Made by a program: the position numbers and the translations under genes. From NCBI GenBank assembly GCA_045535785.1, contig JAZSMH010000060.1:2560-66559 (forward strand): a stretch of DNA of 64,000 nucleotides, written 5' to 3'. The notes under the pieces were generated by a model, which was not told the origin of the DNA, ran no database searches, and saw only the letters and a list, made by a program, of their open reading frames with translations. This document shows, one piece after another, positions 1 through 8,893 of the stretch (positions are counted from its first letter, which is position 1; each line of letters opens with the position of its first letter). Source of the stretch: Clostridia bacterium. GTDB taxonomy: Bacteria; Bacillota; Clostridia; Christensenellales; DTU072.

Positions 1-177
1 GCTGCGTCCGCCTGAACTATCGCATGCACTTAAACACAGTAGAGATAGGATTATGAAGATTATTATAGAAACAGATAGTACTAGTGCACTAATTTTTTTT
101 GTAGTTTTTGTCATAATACAAATCTCCTTTTTATGGTTTTCTATAATAAACTACAAAAATTTAATTTCTTTTTTCGG

Positions 178-822
178 TTAATTTAGAAATTTTTCTAAAA
201 TTGTTATCCAAGTATCATCGTTTTTATCATTTAATAAAGATATGTAATACCTATATGAGTCTTTTGTAAATGACATAAAGACAATTTTAGAAGTTTTTGA
301 CACATATACCATAGTGCCAGAAATTATATATTCGTTTGTATATTTTAATAATTCAACATATTCTGTTTCTTTTTCGAACGATATATCGTTACAATTATTG
401 TTCACTTTTACGAGTAACATTACATTCAATCCATCGACGACACACTTTTCTTCAACAAAAATATCAATACCTTGGTATGCGTATACCATGACTTGTTCGC
501 TGGTTTCAAAGTAAAGAATATTCAAGTCGTTTGCCTTATTGAAATCTTCTATTGATTCTATGAATTTTATAGACAGTTCACTATTCGGGATGATTTTATT
601 CCCATTATTTGCAGGCAACATAAATGGGATGCAGACTATCATTACAATAATTATTACCAATGAAGTGGATAGAGCCGTTATTTGTCTAGCGTTAATATTC
701 CAACGAACTTTTTTTTCTGGCATAATTGACTTAGCCTTTTCAAGAACATCCTTATTAGGCTTATCAAGATTGTTATTTGTCATAATTTCTTTGTCGATTT
801 TATACATTTTTATTTCTCTCAT
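178..822 (-). CDS. Single-pass membrane protein, possible anti-sigma factor
   Basis: Lies 47 nt downstream of the sigma factor gene on the same strand. It has one central TM segment (LSTSLVIIIVMIVCIPFML). No zinc anti-sigma motif was seen. An alternative start at 807 has a GAGAG RBS. Confidence 0.35.
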   Translation of the reverse strand: MREIKMYKIDKEIMTNNNLDKPNKDVLEKAKSIMPEKKVRWNINARQITALSTSLVIIIVMIVCIPFMLPANNGNKIIPNSELSIKFIESIEDFNKANDLNILYFETSEQVMVYAYQGIDIFVEEKCVVDGLNVMLLVKVNNNCNDISFEKETEYVELLKYTNEYIISGTMVYVSKTSKIVFMSFTKDSYRYYISLLNDKNDDTWITILEKFLN

Positions 823-869
823 ATTTAACTACATTCTTTTAATTGGTTTTTTCGGGTTAGCAATTATAT

Positions 870-1394
870 TTATTTGAGTAATTTTTTTAATTTTTTCAAA
901 ATTTTATTTATGTAATCATATGTTGTCGTTAGTGGTTTATTGATTCTTTTTGCTACTTCTTGATAATTTAGTCCTTCCCAATAACGCAAATATATCACTA
1001 GCCGTTCTTCTGCTGATAATTGATTTAATGCATCCTTAATCAAAATTTTATCCAACCAATCATCAACACAATCATCAATAATGGATGCTTCGTCAGTTAA
1101 CTCACAATTATATAAGGAATAATCTCTTCGATTATAATTCACTGCCTCATTATGTATTATTTTATATAACCAATTCAAACCATTTTGAGCAGGATTAAAT
1201 TTGCTTGCATTTTTTACCAATTTGAAATAAGTCTCGCTTACAAGGTCTTCTGCATAGGATTTATCGAATAAATATTTTCTAGCCATAGTAAGAAGCATGC
1301 GACTTGTCAATTCAAACAATTCGTCAAGAGCATGATTATCTCCCTTTGATATACGGTATATAAGTTTGTTTATCTTAAGTACAAGTTTATCCAT
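870..1394 (-). CDS. Sigma-70 family (ECF-like) RNA polymerase sigma factor
   Basis: Region-2-like N-terminal half. The C-terminal region 4 HTH reads LSAEERLVIYLRYWEGLNYQEVAKRINKPLTTTYDYINKILKKL. Confidence 0.8.
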   Translation of the reverse strand: MDKLVLKINKLIYRISKGDNHALDELFELTSRMLLTMARKYLFDKSYAEDLVSETYFKLVKNASKFNPAQNGLNWLYKIIHNEAVNYNRRDYSLYNCELTDEASIIDDCVDDWLDKILIKDALNQLSAEERLVIYLRYWEGLNYQEVAKRINKPLTTTYDYINKILKKLKKLLK

Positions 1395-1569
1395 AACTAA
1401 TATTAATGTGTTTATGCAAATTTTTTTGTCATATTTTTTTACCTATATTATTGTACTTACCATAAAATGTAAGTGCTTTAATTATACAAGAAAACCAATC
1501 TATTGTAAACAGTTATGTGTTTCATATTTTTGTATCATGCTTTTATTATAAAAAATCCGAATTGCAACC

Positions 1570-1632
1570 GTGGCGTGTGCTTGTCTTGATACGAGAGGGC
1601 TCGCTGCGCTCGCCCAGACAAGCACACGCCAC
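1570..1632. repeat. Perfect 17-bp inverted repeat (GTGGCGTGTGCTTGTCT / AGACAAGCACACGCCAC) with a 29-nt GC-rich loop
   Basis: Read directly from the sequence. It forms a GC-rich patch in an AT-rich intergenic region. Confidence 0.8.
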
Positions 1633-1669
1633 TCAACTATTTTCAACCACTGTAATTCGAAAAACGAAA

Positions 1670-1747
1670 GCACCGATGGAGCGGAGTTTCGCGCTAAACC
1701 GCTTGCGAAATCTTCCGCATTACCATTCGTGCAATTTTTTCGTTTTT
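1670..1747. terminator. Nested GC-rich hairpin flanked by T-runs on both strands (bidirectional terminator candidate)
   Basis: Three nested stems: GCACCGATGG/CCATTCGTGC (8 of 10 pairs), GCGGA/TCCGC and TTTCGC/GCGAAA. The plus strand continues with AATTTTTTCGTTTTT and the minus strand with TTTCGTTTTTCG. It sits just downstream of the stop of ORF 1775..2644. Confidence 0.5.
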
Positions 1748-1774
1748 AAGCCTTTTACAACGTTCCCTTGACAA

Positions 1775-2644
1775 TTAGTTTGCCTTACGCATTTGTGCGA
1801 TTACGTCCTTGCTTACTTTTCCCATGAGGTAGCCTTCATCCCAACAGTTAAAATCGTCATATAGGAGTAGTTTTCTATCTTCTTGTCCTATTCTACAAAC
1901 AATATCTTCGTCCATAATATCCGATATGAAAAATTGTGGTAGTCCTTTCGAGTAGACAATCTTCTCGCCGGTCTTTTCCATCTGCACATAGATATTCCCA
2001 AAATCAAAGGACACGGCAAAGTAGAAGTAGAAGGCAAAGAAAGCCAAAATCACACTTGCCAAGTTAAAGTGGAACACAAGAATTGCTACCCATAATTTCC
2101 ATATCCAGTCGTGTTCTCTGACGAAACAAATATACTGCGCCATAAACTGTTTTACGGGCTGATATGTAACGCTCGAAACACCCTTAAAAATTCGCAGTGG
2201 AACGGTGTCAATATTGTGCTTTGAGTTGGTGCTTGAATATAGTCTTTTTATGACTAAAAGCAAGACCAAAAGACAGGGTAAAATGATGCACAAAATCTTT
2301 GTAAAATCACCGACTTTAACACCAAATTCAGTAAGCCAAGATAGGAAGTTATCCTTGTCAACCAAGAGCCTGAAAAACTCTGTTGCGCCACTTTTGAAGG
2401 CTTCGAAATCTTCTGGCAAGACCGTATCCCATACAATAATTTTTGAGTAGTCTACTATAGTTGCTTGCGTTGGATTTTCTATCTCGAATAAAGTGCAAAA
2501 GTAATACTTTACGGATACACCAAAGTCAATAATAGTTTCCCAAAATCGCAAATATGATGAACTGAATACAAATAGCCCAACGGCAGCAAGACCGAGAAAA
2601 ACAAGTACAGTAAAGCTAATATTTAATGCTCGTTGCAATCTCAT
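1775..2644 (-). CDS. Hypothetical multi-pass membrane protein
   Basis: Long ORF with several hydrophobic segments. No family was recognised. Confidence 0.5.
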   Translation of the reverse strand: MRLQRALNISFTVLVFLGLAAVGLFVFSSSYLRFWETIIDFGVSVKYYFCTLFEIENPTQATIVDYSKIIVWDTVLPEDFEAFKSGATEFFRLLVDKDNFLSWLTEFGVKVGDFTKILCIILPCLLVLLLVIKRLYSSTNSKHNIDTVPLRIFKGVSSVTYQPVKQFMAQYICFVREHDWIWKLWVAILVFHFNLASVILAFFAFYFYFAVSFDFGNIYVQMEKTGEKIVYSKGLPQFFISDIMDEDIVCRIGQEDRKLLLYDDFNCWDEGYLMGKVSKDVIAQMRKAN

Positions 2645-2819
2645 AAACTACCTCCGTTATGGCTGGTTCTTCTTGAATTTCAGTCAATCGGCTACCGGTA
2701 TAAACCAAATAGCCGACAACCAAAATTGTTATGATTAGAAGAAGAACCGCAATTATTCTTCTAACCGTTTTCATTTGCTCCTCCTGTGTCTTTTTTCTTT
2801 TTCTTTTTGATACTCTCAA
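2616..2819 (-). CDS. Small membrane protein (hypothetical)
   Basis: Basic N-terminus followed by one TM segment (IIAVLLLIITILVVGYLVY). Overlaps its neighbours in an operon-like arrangement. Confidence 0.35.
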   Translation of the reverse strand: MRVSKRKRKKTQEEQMKTVRRIIAVLLLIITILVVGYLVYTGSRLTEIQEEPAITEVVYEIATSIKY

Positions 2820-3156
2820 CGATTGCTTTTACAGCCTTGAACGGCAACATAATTATCCATACGATTGCCTTCAAAATATAAGGCAAAACAGGAGCCAAAA
2901 CGATAAGCAGTAGGATTATCAAAACGACGGCAAGAAGTATCTTCCACCACTCCAATTCTTGAGGTGGCGCGGTAAATCCGTTTACAATGTCCGTAGGACT
3001 GGACACAACGGGAATAACCCTATAAACGCCATCCTTATTGAACGTCAAATCAATGATACCATTCAGTTTTGAACCTATTAAGAAGTGACTTGTCAAAAGT
3101 TGAAAAATCAATTTCAAACTTGCTTGACTGTATGGAACAAGGTATTTCCACTTCAT
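2761..3156 (-). CDS. Hypothetical membrane protein, probably 5'-truncated at a deletion junction
   Basis: TM segment (ILLAVVLIILLLIVLAPVLPYIL) and a lysine-rich tail. Its first ~30 codons are antisense to the recombinase fragment, so the annotated start is doubtful. Confidence 0.3.
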   Translation of the reverse strand: MKWKYLVPYSQASLKLIFQLLTSHFLIGSKLNGIIDLTFNKDGVYRVIPVVSSPTDIVNGFTAPPQELEWWKILLAVVLIILLLIVLAPVLPYILKAIVWIIMLPFKAVKAIVESIKKKKKKDTGGANENG

Positions 3157-3509
3157 CGACTAAAACCCGATTGGAAGAGTTGGAAGAAAAGCGTTCCATA
3201 CTGAAAGAAAAAATTGTGATGGAACAATACAAGGAACGGCAACTTTTAACAAAAGACGAAATCATCAAATATATAAGTACAGCCATACGAAAATATCCTA
3301 AACAACTGATTGATTTATTGGTAAAAGAAATACGCCTGTATAATGATGAAATAGAAATCGACCTTCACTTCATAGACAAGAAAAGTTCCGACGATAACAA
3401 TCGTTGGGGCTTTTGCTTTTATAATACTGAAAAGAGTTATATCGTAGATACTCACGTTTTCAAGTCGAAACCAACGGAGCATCACGTCAAAATCAAGTTA
3501 AAAGTATAA
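3069..3509 (+). pseudogene. C-terminal fragment of a large serine recombinase (coiled-coil/C-terminal region only)
   Basis: Aligns by eye to the C-terminal third of the intact recombinase at 15852..17393 (SISNLLDCMEQGI vs SIKSIMTAIENGI; RLEELEEK vs RLLNLEAS; a final 'I.LY.D..I.I' block). The resolvase catalytic domain and zinc ribbon are missing. Confidence 0.7.
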
Positions 3510-3552
3510 AAAGCACCCAACTAAACCTTTTTACGGGTTCAGTTGGGTACCG

Positions 3553-3575
3553 CTTGGCGGAGAGAGTGGGATTTG
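3553..3575. repeat. Left att-type direct repeat (copy of the tRNA-Ser 3' end)
   Basis: CTTGGCGGAGAGAGTGGGATTTG is identical to 17370-17392. Confidence 0.85.
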
Positions 3576-3720
3576 CTCCGTTTCGCTTCGCTTCACTATC
3601 ACGCCGGGGTGGCAAACAGTGGGTATCCACTGTTTGTAAGCGACATATTACGTAGTATTGGGGTGTGTCACTTATCCCCACCCGTTCAAATACCACAATG
3701 CACTTTTCTTTACAAAATAT

Positions 3721-3751
3721 ATGACGGGTGGTGATAAATACCATCCGTCAT
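3721..3751. terminator. Hairpin ATGACGGGTGG-N9-CCATCCGTCAT with T-rich flanks
   Basis: 11-bp stem with one G-T pair. It lies about 130 nt downstream of the DUF4238-like gene stop on the minus strand. Confidence 0.4.
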
Positions 3752-3882
3752 TTATTTGGCGGAGTGTGTGCTTCACTCATTGAACTTTTAATTGAGTTTT
3801 GATAAGTATTAATATCGCAATCTCTATAATAAGTTATTATTCTTTAATACAATAAAAACAATACTTATAATTCTAGAAAAAC

Positions 3883-4893
3883 TTACCAATTATGTACTAC
3901 AAACTCTTCTGCATTTTCACGTATTGCAGTATTATATCGTTGCACGGCATTATCTTTTATATGACTTATATAATAATGATTTTCATTAGTGGTATTTTTT
4001 CCTTGTGCTAATAATATTCTTGGAGTTATTGGAAGTAGCCCTACATGCGTGCCGTCTACGCGTTTATGAATAAAGGCAGGAGTATCGCTGGTAATGAACA
4101 ATGTTGGTCCGTCAGCAATTAAAAAATGAAAAGAGGTGTGCTTCAAATTTTTTAGTGCATTTTGAAAAATTATCCCTGTGTCATTTAAATACTGTCTATA
4201 GTATCGCAATAATAAGTTATGCCGCATTTCTTCTGCTGCCGTATCAAGAAAAGGCAATAGTCGTTCTTCTTCCGGAATCGATATTTCACTAAGAGGAATT
4301 ACATCATAACATAACCATGTTAGCAATTCTTCAAATTGAGCATTTGAATTGAATCCACGCCAATCCAATGCCGTAAAAAATTTCATAATATATTCGCGGT
4401 TAAATTCTGCAACCAAATTACCTGTTGCATTTAATATTTGTTCTTCGATAATTAATACTTGTTTGGACCATGCGTTTTCATACTTTTTCGACCAGTTTGC
4501 CTCAATATCTTTTATTTTTACTTTTTCAATCTCTCTACGAATGTTCTGTTTACTAACTAGAGAACCATCAGACCGTTTAATAATCCACTTATCAAAGTCA
4601 TAAAAATATTTGTTCATTTCTAGAGTATTTATAATACTATTACCTTCATATTCGACAGTGTACGATTTTAGACAAGCAAATATCAAATCTGTATCTGCTT
4701 GTGTGCAAAATGGCATCCCTGCTTTAATAGAGTGGAAATCTGTAATACCTGCAATTTTTTCTTTATTCCTTTCTTTGATAACTCCTGGTTCATTTATAAA
4801 CTCTACCTTAAGTGTACCGCTAGCGTTTGCCCATGATGACATATATGTTTGCGGAATTAGATGGTGATATTTTGCTTTGGTTTGATTTAACAT
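3883..4893 (-). CDS. DUF4238-like protein
   Basis: The N-terminus KAKYHHLIPQTYMSSW matches the HH-x-x-PQ-x-Y-hydrophobic signature I associate with DUF4238 (PF14022). The size (336 aa) is typical. There is a strong RBS (AGGAGAG), and the gene starts 44 nt downstream of the giant ORF. Confidence 0.65.
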   Translation of the reverse strand: MLNQTKAKYHHLIPQTYMSSWANASGTLKVEFINEPGVIKERNKEKIAGITDFHSIKAGMPFCTQADTDLIFACLKSYTVEYEGNSIINTLEMNKYFYDFDKWIIKRSDGSLVSKQNIRREIEKVKIKDIEANWSKKYENAWSKQVLIIEEQILNATGNLVAEFNREYIMKFFTALDWRGFNSNAQFEELLTWLCYDVIPLSEISIPEEERLLPFLDTAAEEMRHNLLLRYYRQYLNDTGIIFQNALKNLKHTSFHFLIADGPTLFITSDTPAFIHKRVDGTHVGLLPITPRILLAQGKNTTNENHYYISHIKDNAVQRYNTAIRENAEEFVVHNW

Positions 4894-4937
4894 AAACTCT
4901 CTCCTAATTCTTTTATAAAAGATAAAAAAGTATTTGC

Positions 4938-7900
4938 CTATAAAATGTCATCGTTTATTAGTTTTTCTTCCTTATCCATTGCGGCTTCGTGCCTAGATGA
5001 ACTAGCCATCATTCTTAAAATATGCGCTGCCGCAGGATACATTATTTCACACGTTTTTGCTTCTTCCTCAAGTTTCAGCGCCCTTGCAATTTCTGGCGAG
5101 CCGTCGGTTACTGTTCTAACTCCACGATTGTTTTGGTAACCAATATACACTCCCTTGTTAACTTCTTCATCGTCAACTTCTTCTAACAAAATCTTTAATT
5201 CGCTAGGTATATATTCTTCTTTTGTGTGCTTAAATGAGTTGGCAAGAATTTCTCCAAGGTGTTGTTTTTTAGCCCTATCTTCCACAGAATCACTTGGGGC
5301 ATTTTCCATTATTGTAGATATGAAGTTTGAAACCTGCGCTTGGGTATAGTCTTTAGGAAGTCTCATTCTACCCATAATTTCATATTTTGTTTTAGCAGGA
5401 AGGCTTTTGTTTTCTCGACTAATAATAGCACAATATTCCTTAGGGTTTTCCAAAAAATATCTAAGAATTCCATTTGGTGTATCTCTTCTGTCAAAAAGTG
5501 GTAAGAAAGCAAATTCTAGGCGAATAATATCTTCAGCATAATACTTATCATCTAATTTGGATAAAATTTGTTCTATATAGTAATGCTTTGAAGGGTGAAA
5601 ATTATCTTTATTAATGTTATTCATTGTAGAAATAATTTCCGTTATATCCCAATCTTCTTCTTTCTGATGATATAATAGCCATTGAAAATATCCCGCGGGA
5701 TTGTATTTTTTTATCAATTGAATTTCTATATTATTTGCGTGATTATCCATATGCCTGTGTTCAAAAAACTTTTGTGTTAGGCTCTCATCTTCTAAGATTC
5801 TTGTAGGAATAAAATAATAATTTTGAATAAACGGAATTAGCTCAGTTAGAACTTCAATATCCAAACAATTAATGAAACCATTTTTTTCTTCTTCACCATC
5901 TTTTGCTATAAATGAAGCGAGTGTACAAAATTTTTTAAGGTTTATTAATTGACTCCTTACAAAAAGTTTATCTTCTTCAAGTATATTTGCATCTGCTAAA
6001 AAAGTGCCGTCTGCACCATTGCTGGGTAAAACTTGCAACATTTTATTCAAAACGTCTCTATGATTGAATTCGTTTAGCAGTTCTTGAAGTAGCTCGTTTT
6101 GAAATTTCCTAGTTGCACGTTCTTCCTTCTCGAAATCTTCATCAATTGTTTCTGGAATAGGGCAATCATTATACCCAAAACCTTTGAAGTAAATTAATGA
6201 AGCTTCTATCTTGTCTGTCGGTTTCAAATGTGCGATGACTTTCTCAATAATTTTAATGAATTGTTGAGAATCCTTTTTATGGTATTTTATAACATCATAT
6301 CTCTTTTTTAATAAATATTCGTATAAAGACGTCGCTTCTGAAGTGTTTGGTTGATAGGTTTCAACAATGTAATTTGTAATCTTCTCAAAGGTCTTGGGAG
6401 GTATTTGATGATAATTTTTAATAAGTGTTTTTAGTGTTTTTGTGTCAGAAAAAACAATTGTATTTATTGTTGCAATAATAACCCTATCAATAGCGTTAAA
6501 TAAAACTCCGTACGTTAAATCTTCATTTTTTAAGTCAGGGTCTCTCCATTTCAAAGTTGAATCGGTTAAACAAGCAGAAGTCTTAAATACTATTTTAATT
6601 GCGTAGGGAATAAACTTATTTCCATATTTTGCAATACTTTGCTCCATAAATAGTATCTTATCTTCAAAAGACATAGCGTTTTTATTATTATGCAACCACA
6701 AAATGTTTTCTAATGTTTCGCTAGGTGAGTTGGAAATTTTATAAGTAAATCCTTTTTGAATTAGTTTGAAAAGAATTTTACAAACTCTAATTTTATAATT
6801 GTCTATTCCGCTTAAAGATTCTAATGCCCATAAAAGAGTGCAATAATTATGCCCACCGCCGAAAAGGAAGTCTGCATCATTATTACTGAATAGTTCCCAA
6901 ATTAGACTAGTGTCTTTTTTAATTTCAGCCTCAATAAAGGATAAGAATCTTTCAGGAGAACTCTCTGCTAAAGTTTTCATATAATCCGAAATAGTAAATA
7001 TCATCTCTTTTGAAGATATTGATTTTAATATTTCGTCAATTACCGAATCAACCTCAAGTTGCATTTCGTTGTATATTGACAATAAAATGCAAGAATCTAA
7101 TAACCCTTCGATTAAATAACCACTGTATTGCCACACTTTATTATAAAGTTGATGGGCAAACTGCTTATCTCTTGGTAAGTCATATTTTGGATTAGGAGCG
7201 GAAAAAATAGTTTTAACACTTTCTAATAGTTTTTCTATTGTTTCGCTTGTTATGCTTTTAGAAATTGCACTCCACAATTCCTCTTTTAGGCTAACTTTAA
7301 TAAAGTCCCCGTAACTTAATAACGGACTATTGTCTATGTTTTCCCAACGGCTAATTTTACTGAGATATTGGTCCACCGTTTCTCCGTTCGGTAAAAAAAC
7401 GGATAAAGCATTTCTATCAGATTGACTTTTTTTGTTGATTTTTCCAACCATTAGTAATGGTATTAGTGATGGTAAGTCCTCTTTTGTTCGCCATAAATTC
7501 GACGAATGGCAAGTTTCATTTTCAAGTTCGCGAACGGTTAAAAAAACATTGTTTTTCGCTAAATGTGACAACTTTCTAAGCTGTGTAGTTGAAACACTCA
7601 TTTCATTTTTTAAAATGTCGGATAGCACGGATTGTGGTCTATGCCAAAGTTGGATGTCTATTTTATTATCGCTTATATCCTTACCATAAATAAATATAGT
7701 TGTATTTTTTGAATCGCTTAAATTATAGTTTGAAACATTGCTGTCTAATATCAATATTTTATCGCTAGTTAATGTATTAATCTTTTGCAAAGAAGCATAA
7801 TCTCGACAAATAACTGTTCTTAAATTGTTTTCATCCAAAGCAGTTTCTATCATTGCAGAAATTACAAAACCGTATGCTTCATAAAAAGAAGGTCCCGCAA

Positions 7901-8774
7901 CCTTAATAACCTTTTTGTCTTTAATACTTTCTATTAATGCTTCAACTTCTTTTTCTCTAGAAGCAGTAAAAATCTTGGTTGATAGTTGTGGGGTTGTTGC
8001 GTTTATTAGTTTTTTATGTGCTAAAGCAAGTGTATCAAGAGATAGTTCTTGTCCGCATATATTTTTGTACATCCAAACGCTTGTTGCAAGATTATGCGAT
8101 AGCCATTCTTCTAATTCAACTGACGTGTATACTCTTACTTCCTTCCAAGAACTACCTAAAATATTCTTTTTGATTTCTTCAATAGATTTTGTTTTAAGAG
8201 GTGCTGGCGTAACTAACACAAATGTGGTTTGTTTCTTTTGGTTAACACCGATTTGAGCGTCGCGCTTTTCAAAATCAGCGAGTATTTTAGTTTTAGAAGT
8301 TTTTACTGTTGCTCCTAACTCCCAAAAACTTTCACCTTCGGGAATATATAAAGATTTGGGAGAAACTACATTTAAGAATCCGTCAACACCATCTAAAGAG
8401 ATTTTATCACCTTGAGGAAAACGAAATTCTTTAGGAAAAGTAGTGAGACTTTCCTTTAAAAGTCGTCCAATTAATTCAGGAAACTTTCCTTGAGAATCCC
8501 TTTGATTATCAGCAAACCAATTTTCTATTTGAGTTGCCGTTATCAGTTTGTAGCCCAATTGATAGGGGTTGCTTTTGTAAAATTCAACACCGTTCTCTTT
8601 GCAAAAATCATATAATTTTTTTTCAGTACTAGCATGTGGCGTCGTCAATCCCTGCTCCCAACGATTAATTGTAGCAAAAGCAACGCCTAATTTTTTAGCC
8701 AATTCTTCTTGTGTAATACCTAATTCTTCTCGCACAAAGCGTATTTTTTCTGAAAATTCCATTTTTGTCCCCAT
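4938..8774 (-). CDS. Giant (1278 aa) protein: N-terminal XRE-type HTH, possible nuclease-like module, long uncharacterised mostly helical body
   Basis: The 3.8-kb ORF is uninterrupted. The HTH reads IRFVREELGITQEELAKKLGVAFATINRWEQG. No Walker A (G-x4-GK[ST]) is found anywhere. The likely true start is ATG at 8762 (MEFSEK), with a GGGGA RBS. Confidence 0.85.
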   Translation of the reverse strand: MGTKMEFSEKIRFVREELGITQEELAKKLGVAFATINRWEQGLTTPHASTEKKLYDFCKENGVEFYKSNPYQLGYKLITATQIENWFADNQRDSQGKFPELIGRLLKESLTTFPKEFRFPQGDKISLDGVDGFLNVVSPKSLYIPEGESFWELGATVKTSKTKILADFEKRDAQIGVNQKKQTTFVLVTPAPLKTKSIEEIKKNILGSSWKEVRVYTSVELEEWLSHNLATSVWMYKNICGQELSLDTLALAHKKLINATTPQLSTKIFTASREKEVEALIESIKDKKVIKVAGPSFYEAYGFVISAMIETALDENNLRTVICRDYASLQKINTLTSDKILILDSNVSNYNLSDSKNTTIFIYGKDISDNKIDIQLWHRPQSVLSDILKNEMSVSTTQLRKLSHLAKNNVFLTVRELENETCHSSNLWRTKEDLPSLIPLLMVGKINKKSQSDRNALSVFLPNGETVDQYLSKISRWENIDNSPLLSYGDFIKVSLKEELWSAISKSITSETIEKLLESVKTIFSAPNPKYDLPRDKQFAHQLYNKVWQYSGYLIEGLLDSCILLSIYNEMQLEVDSVIDEILKSISSKEMIFTISDYMKTLAESSPERFLSFIEAEIKKDTSLIWELFSNNDADFLFGGGHNYCTLLWALESLSGIDNYKIRVCKILFKLIQKGFTYKISNSPSETLENILWLHNNKNAMSFEDKILFMEQSIAKYGNKFIPYAIKIVFKTSACLTDSTLKWRDPDLKNEDLTYGVLFNAIDRVIIATINTIVFSDTKTLKTLIKNYHQIPPKTFEKITNYIVETYQPNTSEATSLYEYLLKKRYDVIKYHKKDSQQFIKIIEKVIAHLKPTDKIEASLIYFKGFGYNDCPIPETIDEDFEKEERATRKFQNELLQELLNEFNHRDVLNKMLQVLPSNGADGTFLADANILEEDKLFVRSQLINLKKFCTLASFIAKDGEEEKNGFINCLDIEVLTELIPFIQNYYFIPTRILEDESLTQKFFEHRHMDNHANNIEIQLIKKYNPAGYFQWLLYHQKEEDWDITEIISTMNNINKDNFHPSKHYYIEQILSKLDDKYYAEDIIRLEFAFLPLFDRRDTPNGILRYFLENPKEYCAIISRENKSLPAKTKYEIMGRMRLPKDYTQAQVSNFISTIMENAPSDSVEDRAKKQHLGEILANSFKHTKEEYIPSELKILLEEVDDEEVNKGVYIGYQNNRGVRTVTDGSPEIARALKLEEEAKTCEIMYPAAAHILRMMASSSRHEAAMDKEEKLINDDIL

Positions 8775-8797
8775 ATAACATTTATAACTTTTATAAC

Positions 8798-8826
8798 ATT
8801 ATACCTCAACATTTAAATTTTGTCAA
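8798..8826 (-). promoter_or_regulatory. Consensus sigma-70-type promoter for the giant HTH gene
   Basis: The minus strand reads TTGACA-17 nt-TATAAT. The leader contains three GTTATA repeats at 9-bp spacing. Confidence 0.65.
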
Positions 8827-8864
8827 TAATTTATGTCATTTATTAAAAACCACTACCTTTCCAC

Positions 8865-8893
8865 TTGACATTTAATTCTAATTATTGTACTAT
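8865..8893 (+). promoter_or_regulatory. Promoter for the methyltransferase operon
   Basis: TTGACA (8865-8870), 17-nt spacer, TACTAT (8888-8893). It is divergent from the giant-gene promoter. Confidence 0.55.

Noticed and set aside
1517-1771. 84-aa ORF 1517..1771(+)
   Set aside because: It is made up almost entirely of the two GC-rich hairpins and has no RBS. The open frame is explained by local GC richness.
3493-3744. ORFs 3493..3744(-) and 3543..3734(+) in the att-scar region
   Set aside because: They span the tRNA-end repeat and GC-rich hairpins, have no RBS, and overlap each other antisense. They are most likely non-coding.
4938-8774. STAND/NLR-like or helicase-type NTPase in the 1278-aa protein
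   Set aside because: I scanned the translation for G-x4-GK[ST] and found none. The GK dipeptides present (QGKF, YGKD, VGKI) do not fit Walker A, and no DEAD/DExH-like box was seen.
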